In this document: piece after piece, positions 22,516 through 35,618 of the stretch | Layout of the letters: each line of letters opens with the position of its first letter | Position numbering within the stretch: position 1 is the stretch's first letter | Source of the DNA: Malacoraja senta | Taxonomy: Eukaryota | DNA length: 64,000 bases | Reading direction: 5' to 3' | Assembly: GCA_038087875.1 (NCBI GenBank) | Contig: CM075992.1 | Span: 1,366,001 to 1,430,000, forward strand | Position numbers and translations under genes: made by a program | The notes under the pieces: model-generated | Told to the model about the DNA's origin: nothing | Databases searched by the model: none | The model's input: only the letters and a program-made list of their open reading frames with translations

Positions 22516-22787
22516 ACCAGGGACAAAGATCGACAGAACGAGATGCAGTTGTTTAGACATCGAAGAGAGTAGTGGGAGTTTTAAAAAGTAGTTAAAATCA
22601 CTCTTGAGTTAAATGAAGAAACCATGGAAGATTTTATCGCCAAAGGGCGCAGTTTTAAGGTGATACACGACAAAATATTTTGACGCAAGCTGTGGTTAGA
22701 ATTTAGAATCCAGTATTTGGGAGATGTTAAAAAAACGTTGAATAAATACTTGAAGAAGAAACAAAAAAAATCTTTGGAAAAGAACAG

Positions 22788-23008
22788 GCAGCACGGAGGC
22801 GCAGCGGTAGAGTTGCTGCCTCACAGAGCCAGAGACCCGGGTTCGATCCTCACTACGGGTGCTGTCTGTACGGAGTTTGTGCGTTCCCCCCGTGACCTGC
22901 GCGGGTTTCCTTTGGGTTTCATCCCACACTCCAAAGACGTACAGGTTTGAAGGTTAATTGGCTTTGGTTAAAAAAAAGTAAATTGTCCTTCGTGTGTAGG
23001 ATAGTGTT
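22788..23008 (+). mobile_element. V-SINE (HE1-like), 3'-interrupted
   Basis: tRNA-like head and V-domain. Confidence 0.85.
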
Positions 23009-23263
23009 TGACAGAGAATTCCACAGATTCACAACTCTCTGGGTGAAAAAGTTTTTCCTCATCTCCGTTCTAAATGGCCTACCCCTTATACATTGTTGAA
23101 ACAGGCCTTTCAACCCAACTTGCCCACACTAATGTCCCAGCTACACTAGTCCTGCCTGCCTGCGTTTGGCCCTAATTTCCCTCCAAACCTGTCCTATCCA
23201 TGTACCTGTCTAATTGCTTCTAAAACGTTGGGAGAGTCCCAGCCACGACTACTTCCTCTGGCA

Positions 23264-23501
23264 AGTAGACAAAAGTGCTGGAGAAACTCAGCAGGTACAG
23301 CAGCATCTATGGAGCGAAGGAAATAGGCAACGTTTCGGGCCAAAACCCTTCTTCAGACTGAACCTGACATCAGTCTGAAGAAGGGTTTTGTCCTGAAACG
23401 TTGCCTATTTCCTTCGCTCCATAGATGCTGCTGCACCCGCTGAGTTTCTCCAGCACTTTTGTCTACCTTCGATTTTCCAGCATCTGCAGTTCCTTCTTAA
23501 A
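23264..23501. mobile_element. Fold-back PLE terminal-repeat insertion
   Basis: Cores at 23329-23356 (-) and 23375-23402 (+). TSD TAC(T/C)TCCTCTGGCA at 23250-23263 and 23502-23515. Confidence 0.8.
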
Positions 23502-23975
23502 TACCTCCTCTGGCAGATTGTTCCATACACCCACCACCCTTTGTGTGAAAAAGTTGCCCTGCAGATTCCTATTTAATCTTCCCCCCCCTCACCTTAAACC
23601 TGTGATCAGACAGATGTGAACCAAACATGGGCAGCTTAGATGAGCTTAGATGGGTCATTTTGGTTGGCATGGAGGATTTTGTCCGAAGGGTCTGTTTCCA
23701 TAATGTTTACGTCTATGACCAGTGCTATCAGGTAGCTTAAAATATTCCGTGATATATTGCTGTGGAAACTGGAAACTGTTGAATCAATTCAGCCTAAAAT
23801 GGATTTGTCCTTCAGAAAAAAAGCTTTTTTCCCCCCTCAAATGTCTCGACTCGACCTATTGTAAGAAATCCAATTTCAAATAATTGAAGCAGACCTGCAG
23901 AGATCATCAGTGGTTGCAGATTAAATCGGTGTAGTTTGGTCTGTTCCTTTGTACATTAAAGTATGCTGTGGCATA

Positions 23976-24287
23976 ATTCCAGGAATGAGTGGGTTAGCGT
24001 ATGATGAGCGTTTGACAGCACTGGGCCTGTACTCGCTGGAGTTTAGAAGGTTGAGGGGGGACCTCATTGAAACTTACAGAATAATGAAAGGCGTAGATAG
24101 AGTGGATGTGGAGAGGATGTTTCCACTAGTGGGAGAGTCTAGGACCGGAGGTCACAGCCTCCGAATTAAAGGGCGCTCTTTTAGAAAGAACTTCTTTAGC
24201 CAGAGGGTGGTGAATCTGTGGAACTCATTGCCACAGAGGCCTGTGGAGGACAAGTCAGTGGATATATTTAAGGCAGAGATAGACAGA
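23976..24287 (+). mobile_element. CR1 fragment
   Basis: IPGMSGLAYDERL...RRLRGDLIETY...WNSLPQ. Confidence 0.85.
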
Positions 24288-24752
24288 TTGCCGCGAATTG
24301 TGGACGCAGCCCAGACCATCACACAAACCGACCTCCCTTCTATTGACTCCATCTACACCTCACGCTGCCTCGGCAAGGCCGGCAGCATAATCAAGGACCA
24401 GTCGCACCCCGGCCACTCCCTCTTCTCCCCTCTCCCATTGGGCAAAAGGTACAGAAGTGTGAAAACGCACACCTCCAGATTCAGGGACAGTTTCTTCCCA
24501 GCTGTTATCAGGCAACTGAACCATCCCACCACAACCAGAGAGCGGTGCTGAACTACTATCTACCTCATTGGTGACCCTCGGACTATCCTTGATCGGACGT
24601 TACTGGCTTTACCTTGCACTAAACGTTATTCCCTTATCATGTATCTGTACACTGTAAGTGGCTCGATTGTAATCATGTCTTGTCTTCCCGCTGACTGGTT
24701 AGCACGCAACAAAAGCTTTTCACCGTACCTCGGTCCACGTGACAATAAACTG
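24288..24752 (+). mobile_element. Rex1/Babar LINE 3' end (second subfamily)
   Basis: RIVDAAQTITQTDLPSIDSIY...LPLGKRYRSVKTHTSRFRDSFFPAVIRQLN plus 3' UTR. Confidence 0.85.
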
Positions 24753-25397
24753 TAACGGGAAAGCCGTAAAGATGAATTATAGGGAAGGCAATTAATTGAA
24801 TCTGGTGGCCCTGCTGGTTTTGGAAGCGGATTGTTAGCAGTGAGATGTGTTTTTAATTAGCTCCAAAGATGACGCTAACTCATCCTGCCTTGGGCTTAGG
24901 TCCCCTCTTGTCTACAGCCACTTCAACCCACTTGGTCGGCTTCAGCTGGCCTGCACGAAACAACAGCAGCGGATCTGATCGGATCCTATTGCCCCTCCCC
25001 CCTCAACGATCGGTTCCTGAGGGTGCTGTGGGCGGAGGTTTTAATTATAGATCGCTCGCTTCCATTATAAATGAGAAGATAAGATTTTATAGATAGAAAA
25101 TTCAGGTCAGAATGTTTGACTGCAAAATGGGGATGAAATTATGTACATCTGTGCTCCCTTGTCCAATTATGCCATTGCTCCCTAACTTCTCCTGAATCTA
25201 AGGACAACACTTGATCCCAATTTCCTATATCTAAGGCCACAAGATATTGTCTGGTGTATTTATATATATTTCTTTATTGAGACTACCAGCGTGAAGCTGA
25301 TAGTTTGTCGATGAATGGGAGTGAAATCAAGGCTAAGTCAAGGAAATTAATTTAGTAGCCTCTAGTCTGATGGGGGAAAGTTCAGAAGGGCATAAGG

Positions 25398-25815
25398 TCT
25401 GGAGTTTAGAAGGATGAGAGGGTATCTCATTGAAACATGTAAGATTGTTAAGGGCTTGGACACACTAGAGGCAGGAAACATGTTCCCGATGCTGGGGGAG
25501 TCCAGAACCAGGGGCCACACAGTTTAAGAATAAGGGGTAAGCCATTTAGAACGGAGACGAGGAAACACTTTTTCACACAGAGAATGGTGAGTCTGTGGAA
25601 TTCTCTGCCTCAGAGGGTGGTGGAGGCAGGTTCTCTGGATGCTTTCAAGAGAGAGCTAGATAGGGCTCTTAAAAATAGTGGAGTCAGGGGATATGGGGAG
25701 AAGGCAGGAACGGGGGGTACTGATTGGGGATGATCAGCCATGATCACATTGAATGGCGGTGCTGGCTCGAAGGGCCGAATGGCCTCCTCCTGCACCTATT
25801 TTCTATGTTTCTATG
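25398..25815 (+). mobile_element. CR1 3' fragment
   Basis: CR1 C-terminus and 3' UTR with TTTCTATG tail. Confidence 0.85.
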
Positions 25816-25973
25816 CCTCTCATGATCTTATACACATCATCCCTCTGCGCTCTAAGGAATAAAGACCTTGCCTGCTCAACCTCTCCCTATAGCTCAGGCC
25901 CTTATGTACTGGCAACAATCCTCGTCAATCTTTTCTTCACACTCTCCAGTTCAACAGCATCTTTCCTATAACG

Positions 25974-26130
25974 CGGTGGTTCTTAACCTGGGGGTAGTTT
26001 GAGGCTTTGCCAGGGGGTCATGAAGGGGACATAAATAACACGTCAATTTGTTGAGCGCATGTTTAGGAACCTAATAAAGTATTTTGTTTGCGTATGCGCG
26101 TACTGGTGCCAAAAAGGTTAAGAACCACTG
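25974..26130. mobile_element. hAT (Charlie-like) MITE
   Basis: TIRs C(G/A)GTGGTTCTTAACCT. 8-bp TSD CTATAACG (25966-25973) and CGATAACG (26131-26138). Confidence 0.85.
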
Positions 26131-26451
26131 CGATAACGTCATGACTAAAACTGAACACAATACTCTGAATGTGGCCTCACCGATATCTTGTACGACTGTC
26201 ACATGACCGGCCAATTCCTAAGCTCAATGCTCTGACTGATGAAGGCCAATGTGCCCTCTTGACCACCCACCAGTTTGTTCAGAGGCTCCAGTTTCCTCCC
26301 ATATCCCTCGGGGAACGTGCGAGTTGGTGGGTTAACTGATCTCTGTAAATTGCCCACAGTGTGTAGGTAGGTTTTGGAATCTGGGGGGAATGAATGAGAT
26401 TAATTGGGATTAATCTCCCAGTTAATGAGTGGGAGATTGGCTCTCCCACTC

Positions 26452-26895
26452 TGACCATCGGCTCTGACCTCCCTTCCATCCATCGAGGGGATCTATCGCA
26501 GTCGCTGCCTCAAAAAGGCTGGCAGTATCATCGAGGACCCCCACCATCCTGGCCACACACTCATCTCCCCGCTACCTTCAGGTAGAAGGTACAGGAGCCT
26601 GAAGACTGCAACGAACAGGTTCAGGAATAGCTACTCCCCCACAGCCAACAGGCTATTAAACTTGGCTCGGACAAAACTCTGAACATTAATAGCCCATTAA
26701 CTGTTATTTGCACTTTATCAGTTTATTCATTAATGTGGGTATTTACGTATATAATGGTATATGGACACACTGATCTGTTTTGTAGTCAATGCCTACTATG
26801 TTCTGTTGTGCTGAAGCAAAGCAAGAATTTCATTGTCCTATCAGGGACACATGACAATAAACTCTCTTGACTCTCTCTTGACTCTTGACTCTCTC
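26452..26895 (+). mobile_element. Rex1/Babar LINE 3' end
   Basis: TIGSDLPSI...; 3' UTR ending in (CTCTTGA)n. Confidence 0.8.
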
Positions 26896-26946
26896 GAGAG
26901 TCTAGGACCAGAGGCCAGAGCCTCAGAATAAAAGGACGTACCTTTA

Positions 26947-27117
26947 AGGGCCTGTTACACGTGGACGTCATTTACGCGACATCATTTATGCTTCACGACG
27001 CGCACGTGACGGGTGCATGGCGTGCATGGCGACATAGACAGTGACGCGTGGTCGAGCGCGACGCCCCAGGATTTTGGGAATCACAAAATCTTCGCGCACA
27101 CAAGTGGGACAGGCCCC
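26947..27117. mobile_element. Harbinger-type MITE (family C) in CR1
   Basis: AGGGCCTGTTACAC...GTGGGACAGGCCCC flanked by TTA and TGA. Related fragments at ~46040-46099 and ~47075-47176. Confidence 0.7.
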
Positions 27118-27871
27118 TGAGAAAGATGAGCAGGAATTTCTTTAGTCAGAGGGTGGTGAATCTGTGGAATTCATTGCCACAGACGGCTGTGGAGGCCAAG
27201 TCAATAGATATATTTAAGGTGGAGACTGATAGTTTATTGATTAGTATGGGTGCCAGGGTTATGGAGAGAAGGCAGGAGAATGGGGTTGAGAGGAAAGTTA
27301 GTTAAGCCATGATACGATACAATACGATAGAACGTTATTTATCCCAGGAGAGAAATTGATCTGCCAACTGTTATAAAAACACAAAATACATGAAATTAAA
27401 GTGACGAGTGGAAAGGATTGGGGATGTGCAAAGATTGGGGGGAGGGCAGGCGTCAGTCTACCCCACGACAGAAGGGGGAGGAGTACATCGACTCCCCTCT
27501 CCCCCCTCTTCACCAATCTCAATGGCGTGGTAGACTTGATGGGCCGAATGGCCTAATTCTGCTTCCATCACTCACGAGGTCGCGGGAGAATACAAAGGAT
27601 TGATGCGGGATTAATGCAAAATGTTGGCAAGGACTCAGTGGGCTGAGGTGCTATTTCCATGCTGTATGTCTGAGACTGGGACAGGAGCAAGGAGGTGCAG
27701 TCACCTAGAAACAAGTACTTAGAGCTCAACTATAGCTGAGGGACAGTTTCTTCCCAGCTGTTATCAGGCAACTGAACCATCCTACCACAACCTACCTGAT
27801 TGGTGACCCTCGTCATTCCCTTATCGTGTATCTGTACACTGTGAATGGCTCGATTGTAATCTTGTGTTGCC

Positions 27872-28291
27872 ATGAACTCGCTAGAATTTAGGAGATTGAG
27901 AGGGGATCTTATAGAAACGTACAAAATTCTTATGGGGTTGGACAGGCTAGATGCAGGAAGATTGTTCCCGATGTTGGGGAAGTCCAGGACAAGGGGTCAC
28001 AGCTTAAGGATAAGGGGGAAATCCTTTAAGACCGAGATGAGGAAAAACTTTTTCACACAGAGAGTGGTGAATCTCTGGAACTCTCTGCCACAGAGGGTAG
28101 TTGAGGCCAGTTCATTGGCTATATTTAAGAGGGAGTTAGATGTGGCCCTTGTGGCTAAAGGGATCAGGGGGTATGGAGAGAAGGCAGGTACGGGATACTG
28201 AGTTGGATGATCAGCCATGATCATATTGAATGGCGGTGCAGGCTCGAAGGGCCGAATGGCCTACTCCTGCACCTATTTTCTATGTTTCTAT
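27872..28291 (+). mobile_element. CR1 3' fragment
   Basis: SLEFRRLRGDLIETYKIL...GYGEKAGTGY plus UTR. Confidence 0.9.
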
Positions 28292-29855
28292 GCACGCAAC
28301 AAAAAGCTTTTCACTACACGTGACAATTAACTAATCTACAGACCGAAGACAGACACAGAAAGCTGGAATAACTCAGCGGGACAGACAGCATCTCTGGAGA
28401 GAAGGGATGGGTGACGTTTCGGGTCGAGACCCTTCTGCAGCTGTGAGTCCATTCCCTTTGTCCTATTTTCACACCTCACACTTCCTTATCTACGTATCTC
28501 CCTCTCCCGACATCAGTCTGAAGAAGGATCTCGACCTGAAACGTCACCCATTCCTTCTCTCCAGAGATGCTGCCTGTCCCGCTGAGTTGCTCCAGCATTT
28601 TGTGTCTATCTTCGGTTTAAACCAGCATCTGCAGTTCCTTCCTACACATTCTGCTGATAGTGTTGGAAGGGACTGGGTTACTCCGAAGATAGACACAGAG
28701 TGCTGGAGTAACTCAGCGGGTCAGGCAGCATCTCTGGGGAAAAGGAATAGGTGACGTTTCCGGTCGGGACTCAGTCTTCAGACTGAAAATAACTCCTTCA
28801 AAGTAGGCATACCTTGGGGAGATTTTGCAGTGGAGCAGACAAAAGAAACTGCAGGTAGACACGAAATGCTGGAGTAACTCAGCGGGACAGGCAGCATCTC
28901 TGGAGAGAAGGAGTGGGTGACGTTTCGGGTCGAGACCCTTGTTCAGGCTGACCTGACAGTCTGGCAACTGTACACTACATCATTGTGCTGTCCTGTTGCG
29001 TACATGGATAGATGACATTTGGATTTGAGCTACAGGCTGAAAAAGAGCCATGACCCGAAACGTTAGCTGTCCATGTTCTCCAGAGGTGTTGCCTGACCCG
29101 CTGAGTAACTCCAGTGCCTTTTTTCTCTCTAAACCAGCGTTTGTGGTTCCTTATTTCTCACCGATTCCTTTCGTATCTATTATCCAGCCTTTCCTCTGTT
29201 CTCTGTCTCTATTGTTCGTCGTCAACCTCTGTGTGAACTTTAGACTTTGTCTCTGGAACTGTTATCACAACTGAATCACAATGTTTCAGACACATTTAGA
29301 CAGGTGCATGGATAGGACAGGTTTTAGAGGGATATGGGCCATTTAGAACGGAGACGAAGAAACACTTTTTCGCACAGAGAGTGGTGAGTCTGTGGAATTC
29401 TCTGCCTCAGAGGGCGGTGGAGGCAGGTTCTCTGGATGCTTTCAAGAGAGAGCTAGATAGGGCTCTTAAAGATAGCGGAGTCAGGGGATATGGGGAGAAG
29501 GCAGGAACGGGGGGTACTGATTGGGGATGATCAGCCATGATCACATTGAATGGCGGTGCTGGCTTGAAGGGCTGGATGGCCTACTCCTGCACCTATTGTC
29601 TATTGTCTAAATGCAGGCAGGTGGGACTACTACAGATGGGGCATTTGGTCGGTGTGGGCAAGTTGGGCCGAAGGGCCTGTTTTTGTGCTATATGATTCTA
29701 TGACTACTTTATGGTACAATGCTGGAAACTATATCCTACACACTGTATCCGTCCATGTGCTCTCCCTGTTATCCTTGATTCTGGCTTGATTGTATTTATG
29801 TATACGGTAGTATTATCTATTTTGCTGGATATTTCAAAGCTGAAATAGCTCAGTT

Positions 29856-30524
29856 CAGTTTAGTTTAGTTTAGAGATACAGCGCGGTAACAGGCCCACAC
29901 GAGTCCGCGCCGACCATCGATCTCCGCACACTAACTCTATCCTACACACACTAGGGACAATTTTACATTTACCCCAAGCCAAATAACAATAAAGGAAACT
30001 TGACTTGACTTGAACCTACAAAACCTGCACGTCTTTGGAGTGTGGGAGGAAACCGAAGATCCTGGAGAAAAGCCACGCAGGTCACGGGGGTAACTACAAA
30101 CTCCGTGGAGATCACCCGTAGTCAGGATCAAACTCAGTCTCTGTCGCTGTAAAACCCCTGTCCCACGGTACGAGTTCATTCCAAGAGCTCTCCCCGAGTT
30201 TTGCCCTGATTCGAACTCGGAGATTTACGGTAATGGCCGCTCGTCGGTACTCGGGGCTCTCGTGGACATTTTTTCAACGTGTTGAAAAATCTTCACGAGT
30301 CTTCCCGAGCTTACCTGCCGTTAGCGAGTCTTCCCGAGTACCTGCCGTTAGCGTTACGAGCCGCTAAGAGACGTCCCCGAGCTCCGACGTACCCGCTACC
30401 TTCATTCTCCGTGCTTACCACCAGTTTGATTTTTTTTTAAACTCGGGAGAGCGCTTGGAATGAACTTGTACCGTGGGACAGGGCTATAAGGCAGCAACTC
30501 TACCGCTGCGCCACCGTGCCGCCC
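29856..30524 (-). mobile_element. V-SINE (HE1-like) containing a Harbinger MITE
   Basis: Tail at 29856, head at 30490-30524. Confidence 0.88.
30153..30486. mobile_element. Harbinger-type MITE (family A)
   Basis: TIRs AACCCCTGTCCCAC and GTGGGACAGGGCTA. TAA TSD at 30150-30152 and 30487-30489. Confidence 0.9.
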
Positions 30525-31194
30525 GGCGGGAGAGCATTCAACTGAAGATCTAAAGGTCCCTGGTTCGATCCCAGGTCCATCCTCGATCCCAAGAACAAAT
30601 ACATGTAAAAAGTGGCTTATTCTTTGCTCAAGGATCCATATCTCTCCTCTGATCTATCGTCCGTGACAACAATCTATTGATTCTGCTACATAACGTGACT
30701 CTGAACCTTGCACCTTTCTTGTCCATGTCCAGTCTTGCACTAGCTGTAGGTTAAACATGTCCCATTCCTTCTCTCCAGAGATGCTGCCTGTCCCGCTGAG
30801 TTACTCCAGCATTCTGTGTCTATCTTTGGTTTAACGTGTCCACTCACAGACTGCCTTCATGTTAAGTTTACATTTCCCTGCCTGTTCCATTAACCAGGGC
30901 TGAAAGTGACAAATACTCTGCATGTGTAGGAAGGAACTCCAGACGCTGGTTTAAACCGAAGGTAGACACAAAATGCTGGAGTAACTCAGCGGGGCAGGCA
31001 GCATCTCTGGAGAGAAGGAATGGGTGACTTCAGAAGAAGGGTCTCGACCCAAAATGTCCCATTCCTTCTACCCAGAGATTCTGCCTGTCCCGCTGAGTTT
31101 TTTGGGTCAATCTTCAATGTTCTCCAGGTATGGCTGGACTGTAAGTGCAGCTTTGACAGCTTCTAGTTAGTCATAGAATCATACTACACATTGC

Positions 31195-31448
31195 AGCACG
31201 GTGGCGCAGTGGTAGAGTTGCTGCCTCACAGCAGCGGAGACCCGGGTTCAATCCTGACTACGGGTGATGTCTGGACTGAGTCTGCATGTTCTCCCTGTGA
31301 CCCGCGTGGGTTTTCTCCAGGTGCTCCGGTTTCCTCCCACACTCCAAAGACGTGCAGGTTTGTAGCTTAATTGGCTTGTGTAAATTGTCTCTAGTGTGCA
31401 GGATAGATTGCTGGTCGGTCTGTTTCCACGCTGTATCTCTAAACTAAA
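31195..31448 (+). mobile_element. V-SINE (HE1-like)
   Basis: Head, V-domain and tail. Confidence 0.85.
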
Positions 31449-31874
31449 TCTGTACGCTGGGCTTAACTAATGCCCAGACCACACCTTGTTGGACTCAGTA
31501 CTGAAGCACAGGAATAAGCTCCATGTCTTTCTACTGCAGAAAGGCAGCTCAGGAGATCGGTGGAGTGGGGTCTGGTCAAAAGAAACATTAAAGACCAAAC
31601 TCTCAGCTTGGAAAGGAAATGATTCATGTAGAATAAATCCAATATTTCATTTCTGTAACAAGCTGAATAATACAAATAGCCTTGTATGTTACTCAATTCC
31701 TGTTCTATTCAAGCAGATAATTACTTATTTAACAAATTATTACCTGATCTGACTTAATTAATTACTCAGATTAAGTTATGCTGAAAGAACTCTTCAAAAA
31801 GAGGCAAAGTTTAAGCTGGTTTCAACTCATTGCTCAGCAAAATAAGTTGGGAACTTTAACTGATAAATCCCATA

Positions 31875-32056
31875 ACACACTCACACACACACACACACAC
31901 AGATTAATTCACACACACACACACAGATTCATTCACACACTCACATGCACACTCACACACTCACAGATTCACTCACGCACTCACACACATTCACACACAC
32001 ACACAGATTCATTCACACACTCAGATTCATTCACACACTCACACTCACACTCACAG

Positions 32057-32139
<83 letters not shown>

Positions 32140-32390
32140 TTCATTCACACACTCACAGATTCATTCACACACACACACAAACACACTCACAGATTCATTC
32201 ACACACTCACACACACACTCTCACACACACATTCACACACTCACACAGATTCACTCACGCACACTTATATATACACACACACAAACACACCATATATATA
32301 ATATATATATATGTATAAACATAAACACACACACATATATATATATATACACACACACACACTCACACACACATATATATATATATATAA

Positions 32391-32437
<47 letters not shown>

Positions 32438-32550
32438 CACACACACATATATATATATATATAAACACACACACACACATATATATATATATACACACAC
32501 ACACACATTCACACACACAGACTCAATCAAACACTCACACACATATATAC
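31875..32550. repeat. Compound (CA)n / (TA)n microsatellite
   Basis: Long pure CA run at ~32060-32137, then alternating CA/TA blocks. Confidence 0.95.
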
Positions 32551-32560
32551 AAATACTCGA

Positions 32561-32922
32561 TGGGCCTGTCCCACTTACGCGACCTTTTCGGCGACTGCCG
32601 GCACCCGTGATAGGTTGCCGAAAATTTTCATCATGTTGAAAATTCAGCGTCAACCAGAAAGACGCTACGACTCTTGACGCTTTGGTTGACCAGGAGACCT
32701 CTCACGACGATACAGGCGACCTCTCACGACCATACAGGTGACCCCTGGCGACCTCTCACGACCATACAGGCGACCCCTGGCGACCTCTCACGGCCATACA
32801 GGCGACCCCCTGGCGATATGCCCCTTGATGACACCCCGCGACATGTCGCCAGGGGTCGCCTGTATGGCCGTGAGAGGTCTCCTGGACAACCAAAGCGTCG
32901 TAGCGTCTTTCTGGTAACCGCT
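32561..32922. mobile_element. Harbinger-type MITE, one end missing, internally palindromic
   Basis: TGGGCCTGTCCCACTTA TIR. Internal inverted arms (CCAGAAAGACGCTACGAC... / ...GTCGTAGCGTCTTTCTGG) and GGCGACC subrepeats. Confidence 0.7.
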
Positions 32923-33804
32923 CTCAACAAAGGCACATACTGTATACACACATACACAGACTCACTCACACACACACACACGTACACAGGTTATATACAC
33001 ACTGCTGCGTACCAGTTTTAATAAATCAACTGTTACTTTGAACTTGGGGTGTCCTTTCCATTTGCTCCTACAAGGGATTTGGGCCAAAAACAGGCAAGTG
33101 GGACTAGTGTCAGTAGGGCATGGGCAAGTTGGGCCGAAGGGCCTGTTTCCATGCTGAATGACTCTGTAACAGCTGAAATGTCTATTCGGGGATATGGGGA
33201 GAAGGCAGGAACTGATTGGGGATGATCAGCCATGATCACATTGAATGGCGGTGCTGGCTCGAAGGGCCAAATGGCCTACTCCTGCACCTATCGTAATCTG
33301 CGATTGATCCTGGTTGGATTCACTGAGCAAATTGTAAGACAAGAATAAACTGGGACAATCACCCTGACAATTTATGCTCAACTAATTTGATCCAATTTCT
33401 TGAGAAATTTCCCCAGTGCCTTGGGAAAGGAAATATCATGGCATTTGATAAGATGCCCCACCAGAGACTTGTTATGAAAATTAAGTCACGCAGATGGAAA
33501 GATAGCTAATGCAAACAGTCGCGGTTTACTGAAATGTTCAAGGAACCTTGCTGTCGGGAAGCCTTTTGCTTCTCGTTTTTGTCCACGGGTTGGTGGAGGC
33601 GCAATAAAGCGGAGAGGTGTGTGTGTGTGTGGGTGCGGGAGGAATGGGGCTGGGAGTGGGCAAAAAGATGGCAGCTGCTGATAGGCGCAGAGGCAACAAA
33701 CTTCAAGTTTCTGGGTACACAATAGACAATAGACGAAAGACAATAGGTGCAGGAGTAGGCCATTCGGCCCTTCGAGCCAGCCTACCTTCGAAGGAACTCG
33801 AAGG

Positions 33805-34245
33805 TAGGAAGGAACTGCAGATACTGGTTTACACCGAAGATAGACACAAAATGCTGGAGTAACTCAGCGGGACAGGCAGCACCTCTGGAGAGAAGGAATG
33901 GGTGACGTTTCAGGTCGAGACCCTTCTTCAGACAGAGACAGGGTGGAGGGAGACAGAGATATGGAAGGGTGAGGTGTAAGATAAGGATAAGAGGCTTTCC
34001 CTCCTTCTCCATCCCTGCCCCATCCTAGTTCTCCGATTAGTCTGACTGTCTCTTCATCCCCTTTGATCTCTCATTGTTACACCTCACCCTTCCATATCTC
34101 TGTCTCCCACTCCCCATCACTCTCAGTCTGAAGAAGGGTCTCCACCCGAAATGTCACCCGTTCCTTCTTTCCAGAAACGCTGCCTGTGCCGCTGAGTTGC
34201 TCCAGCATTTTGTGTCAGACTGAAGAAGTTTGTGTCTATCTTCGA
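33805..34245. mobile_element. Fold-back PLE terminal-repeat pair
   Basis: Cores at 33904-33931 (-) and ~34128-34155 (+, mutated). Confidence 0.75.
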
Positions 34246-35003
34246 GTTTCCGGGCGTGCATATCTCTGAAGATCAGTCCTGGACCCAGCACATTGATGCT
34301 ATCATGAAAAAAAGACCATCAGACAGATGATTGAGGAGATTTGGCATGTTAGACAATAGACAATAGACAATAGGTGCAGGAGTAGGCCATTCGGCCCTTC
34401 GAGCCAGCACCGCCATTCAATGTGATCATGGCTGATCATCCCCAATCAGTACCCCGTTCCTGCCTTCTTCCATTATCCCCTGACTCCGCTATTTTTAAGA
34501 GCCCTATCTTAATGATTAGGGCTCATTTTGTTGATGAATACTCTCTTGTACTTCTACAGGTGTATGGTGGAGAACATATTGACTGGTTGCACTCTAGCCT
34601 GGATCGACAACTCAAACATCCAGGATTGAAGGAGAATACAAAGAGTGGTGGAACACTGCCCGGTCCATCACGGGTACTGACCTCCCCACCATCAAAGGAA
34701 TCTGCAGATGGTGCTGCCTTGAAAAGGTAGCCAGCATGATCAAGGACCCATGCCACCCTGGCCACGCTCTCATTTCACTCCTGCCGTTGGGAAGAAGGTA
34801 CAGGAGCCTGAAAACCATGGACCTCCAGGTTCAGGAATAGCTTCCTCCCATTAACCAGTCTGAAGAAGGGTCTCAACCCGAAACATCACCCATTCCTTCT
34901 CTCCAGAGATGCTGCCTGTCCCGCTGAGTTACTCCAGCATTTTGTGTCTCTCTTTGTCTTAAACCAGCATCTGCAGTTCCTTCCTGGCCCACATTAAGGA
35001 TTT

Positions 35004-35618
35004 GGCATGATAAGCAAAGAGGTCCTTCTGCAGTTGTACAGGGCCCTAGTGAGACCACACCTGGAGTATTGTGTGCAGTTTTGGTCCCCTAATTTGAGGA
35101 AGGACATTCTTGCTATTGAGGGAGTGCAGCGTAGGTTTACAAGGTTTATTCCCGGGATGGCGGGACTGTCATATGCTGAGAGAATGGAGCAGCTGGGCTT
35201 GTACACTCTGCAGTTTAGAAGGATGAGAGGGTATCTCATTGAAACATATAAGATTGTTAATGGTTTGGACACGCTAGAGGCAGGAAACATGTTCCCGATG
35301 TTGGGGGAGTCCAGAACCAGGGGCCACAGTTTAAGAATAAGGGGTAAGCCATTTAGAACGGAGACGAGGAAACACTTTTTCTCACAGAGAGTGGTGAGTC
35401 TGTGGAATTCTCTGCCTCAGGGGGCGGTGGAGGCGGGTTCTCTGGATGCTTTCAAGAGAGAGCTAGATAGGGCTCTTAAAAATAGCGGAGTCAGGGGATA
35501 TGGGGAGAAGGCAGGAACGGGGTACTGATTGGGGATGATCAGCCATGATCACATTGAATGGCGGTGCTGGCTCGAAGGGCTGAATGGCCTACTCCTGCAC
35601 CTATTGTCTATTGTCTAT
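35004..35618 (+). mobile_element. CR1 3' fragment (open frame 35007-35528)
   Basis: LYRALVRPHLEYCVQFWSP...IEGVQRRFTR...GYGEKAGTGY plus (TATTGTC)n tail. Confidence 0.93.

Larger units (their letters stand above)
29839..30576 (+). pseudogene. tRNA-Phe(GAA) pseudogene split by a V-SINE
   Basis: 5' part GCTGAAATAGCTCAGTT (29839-29855) and 3' part GGGAGAGCATTCAACTGAAGATCTAAAGGTCCCTGGTTCGATCCCAGGT (30528-30576) together match vertebrate cytosolic tRNA-Phe. The acceptor 3' strand is lost. Confidence 0.9.

Noticed and set aside
23949..24551. 200-aa ORF that looks like a single RT-related gene
   Set aside because: Chance in-frame junction of a CR1 fragment and a Rex1 3' end.
31778..32653. His/Thr-rich and Val/Cys/Tyr/Ile-rich ORFs
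   Set aside because: Translations of the CA/TA microsatellite.
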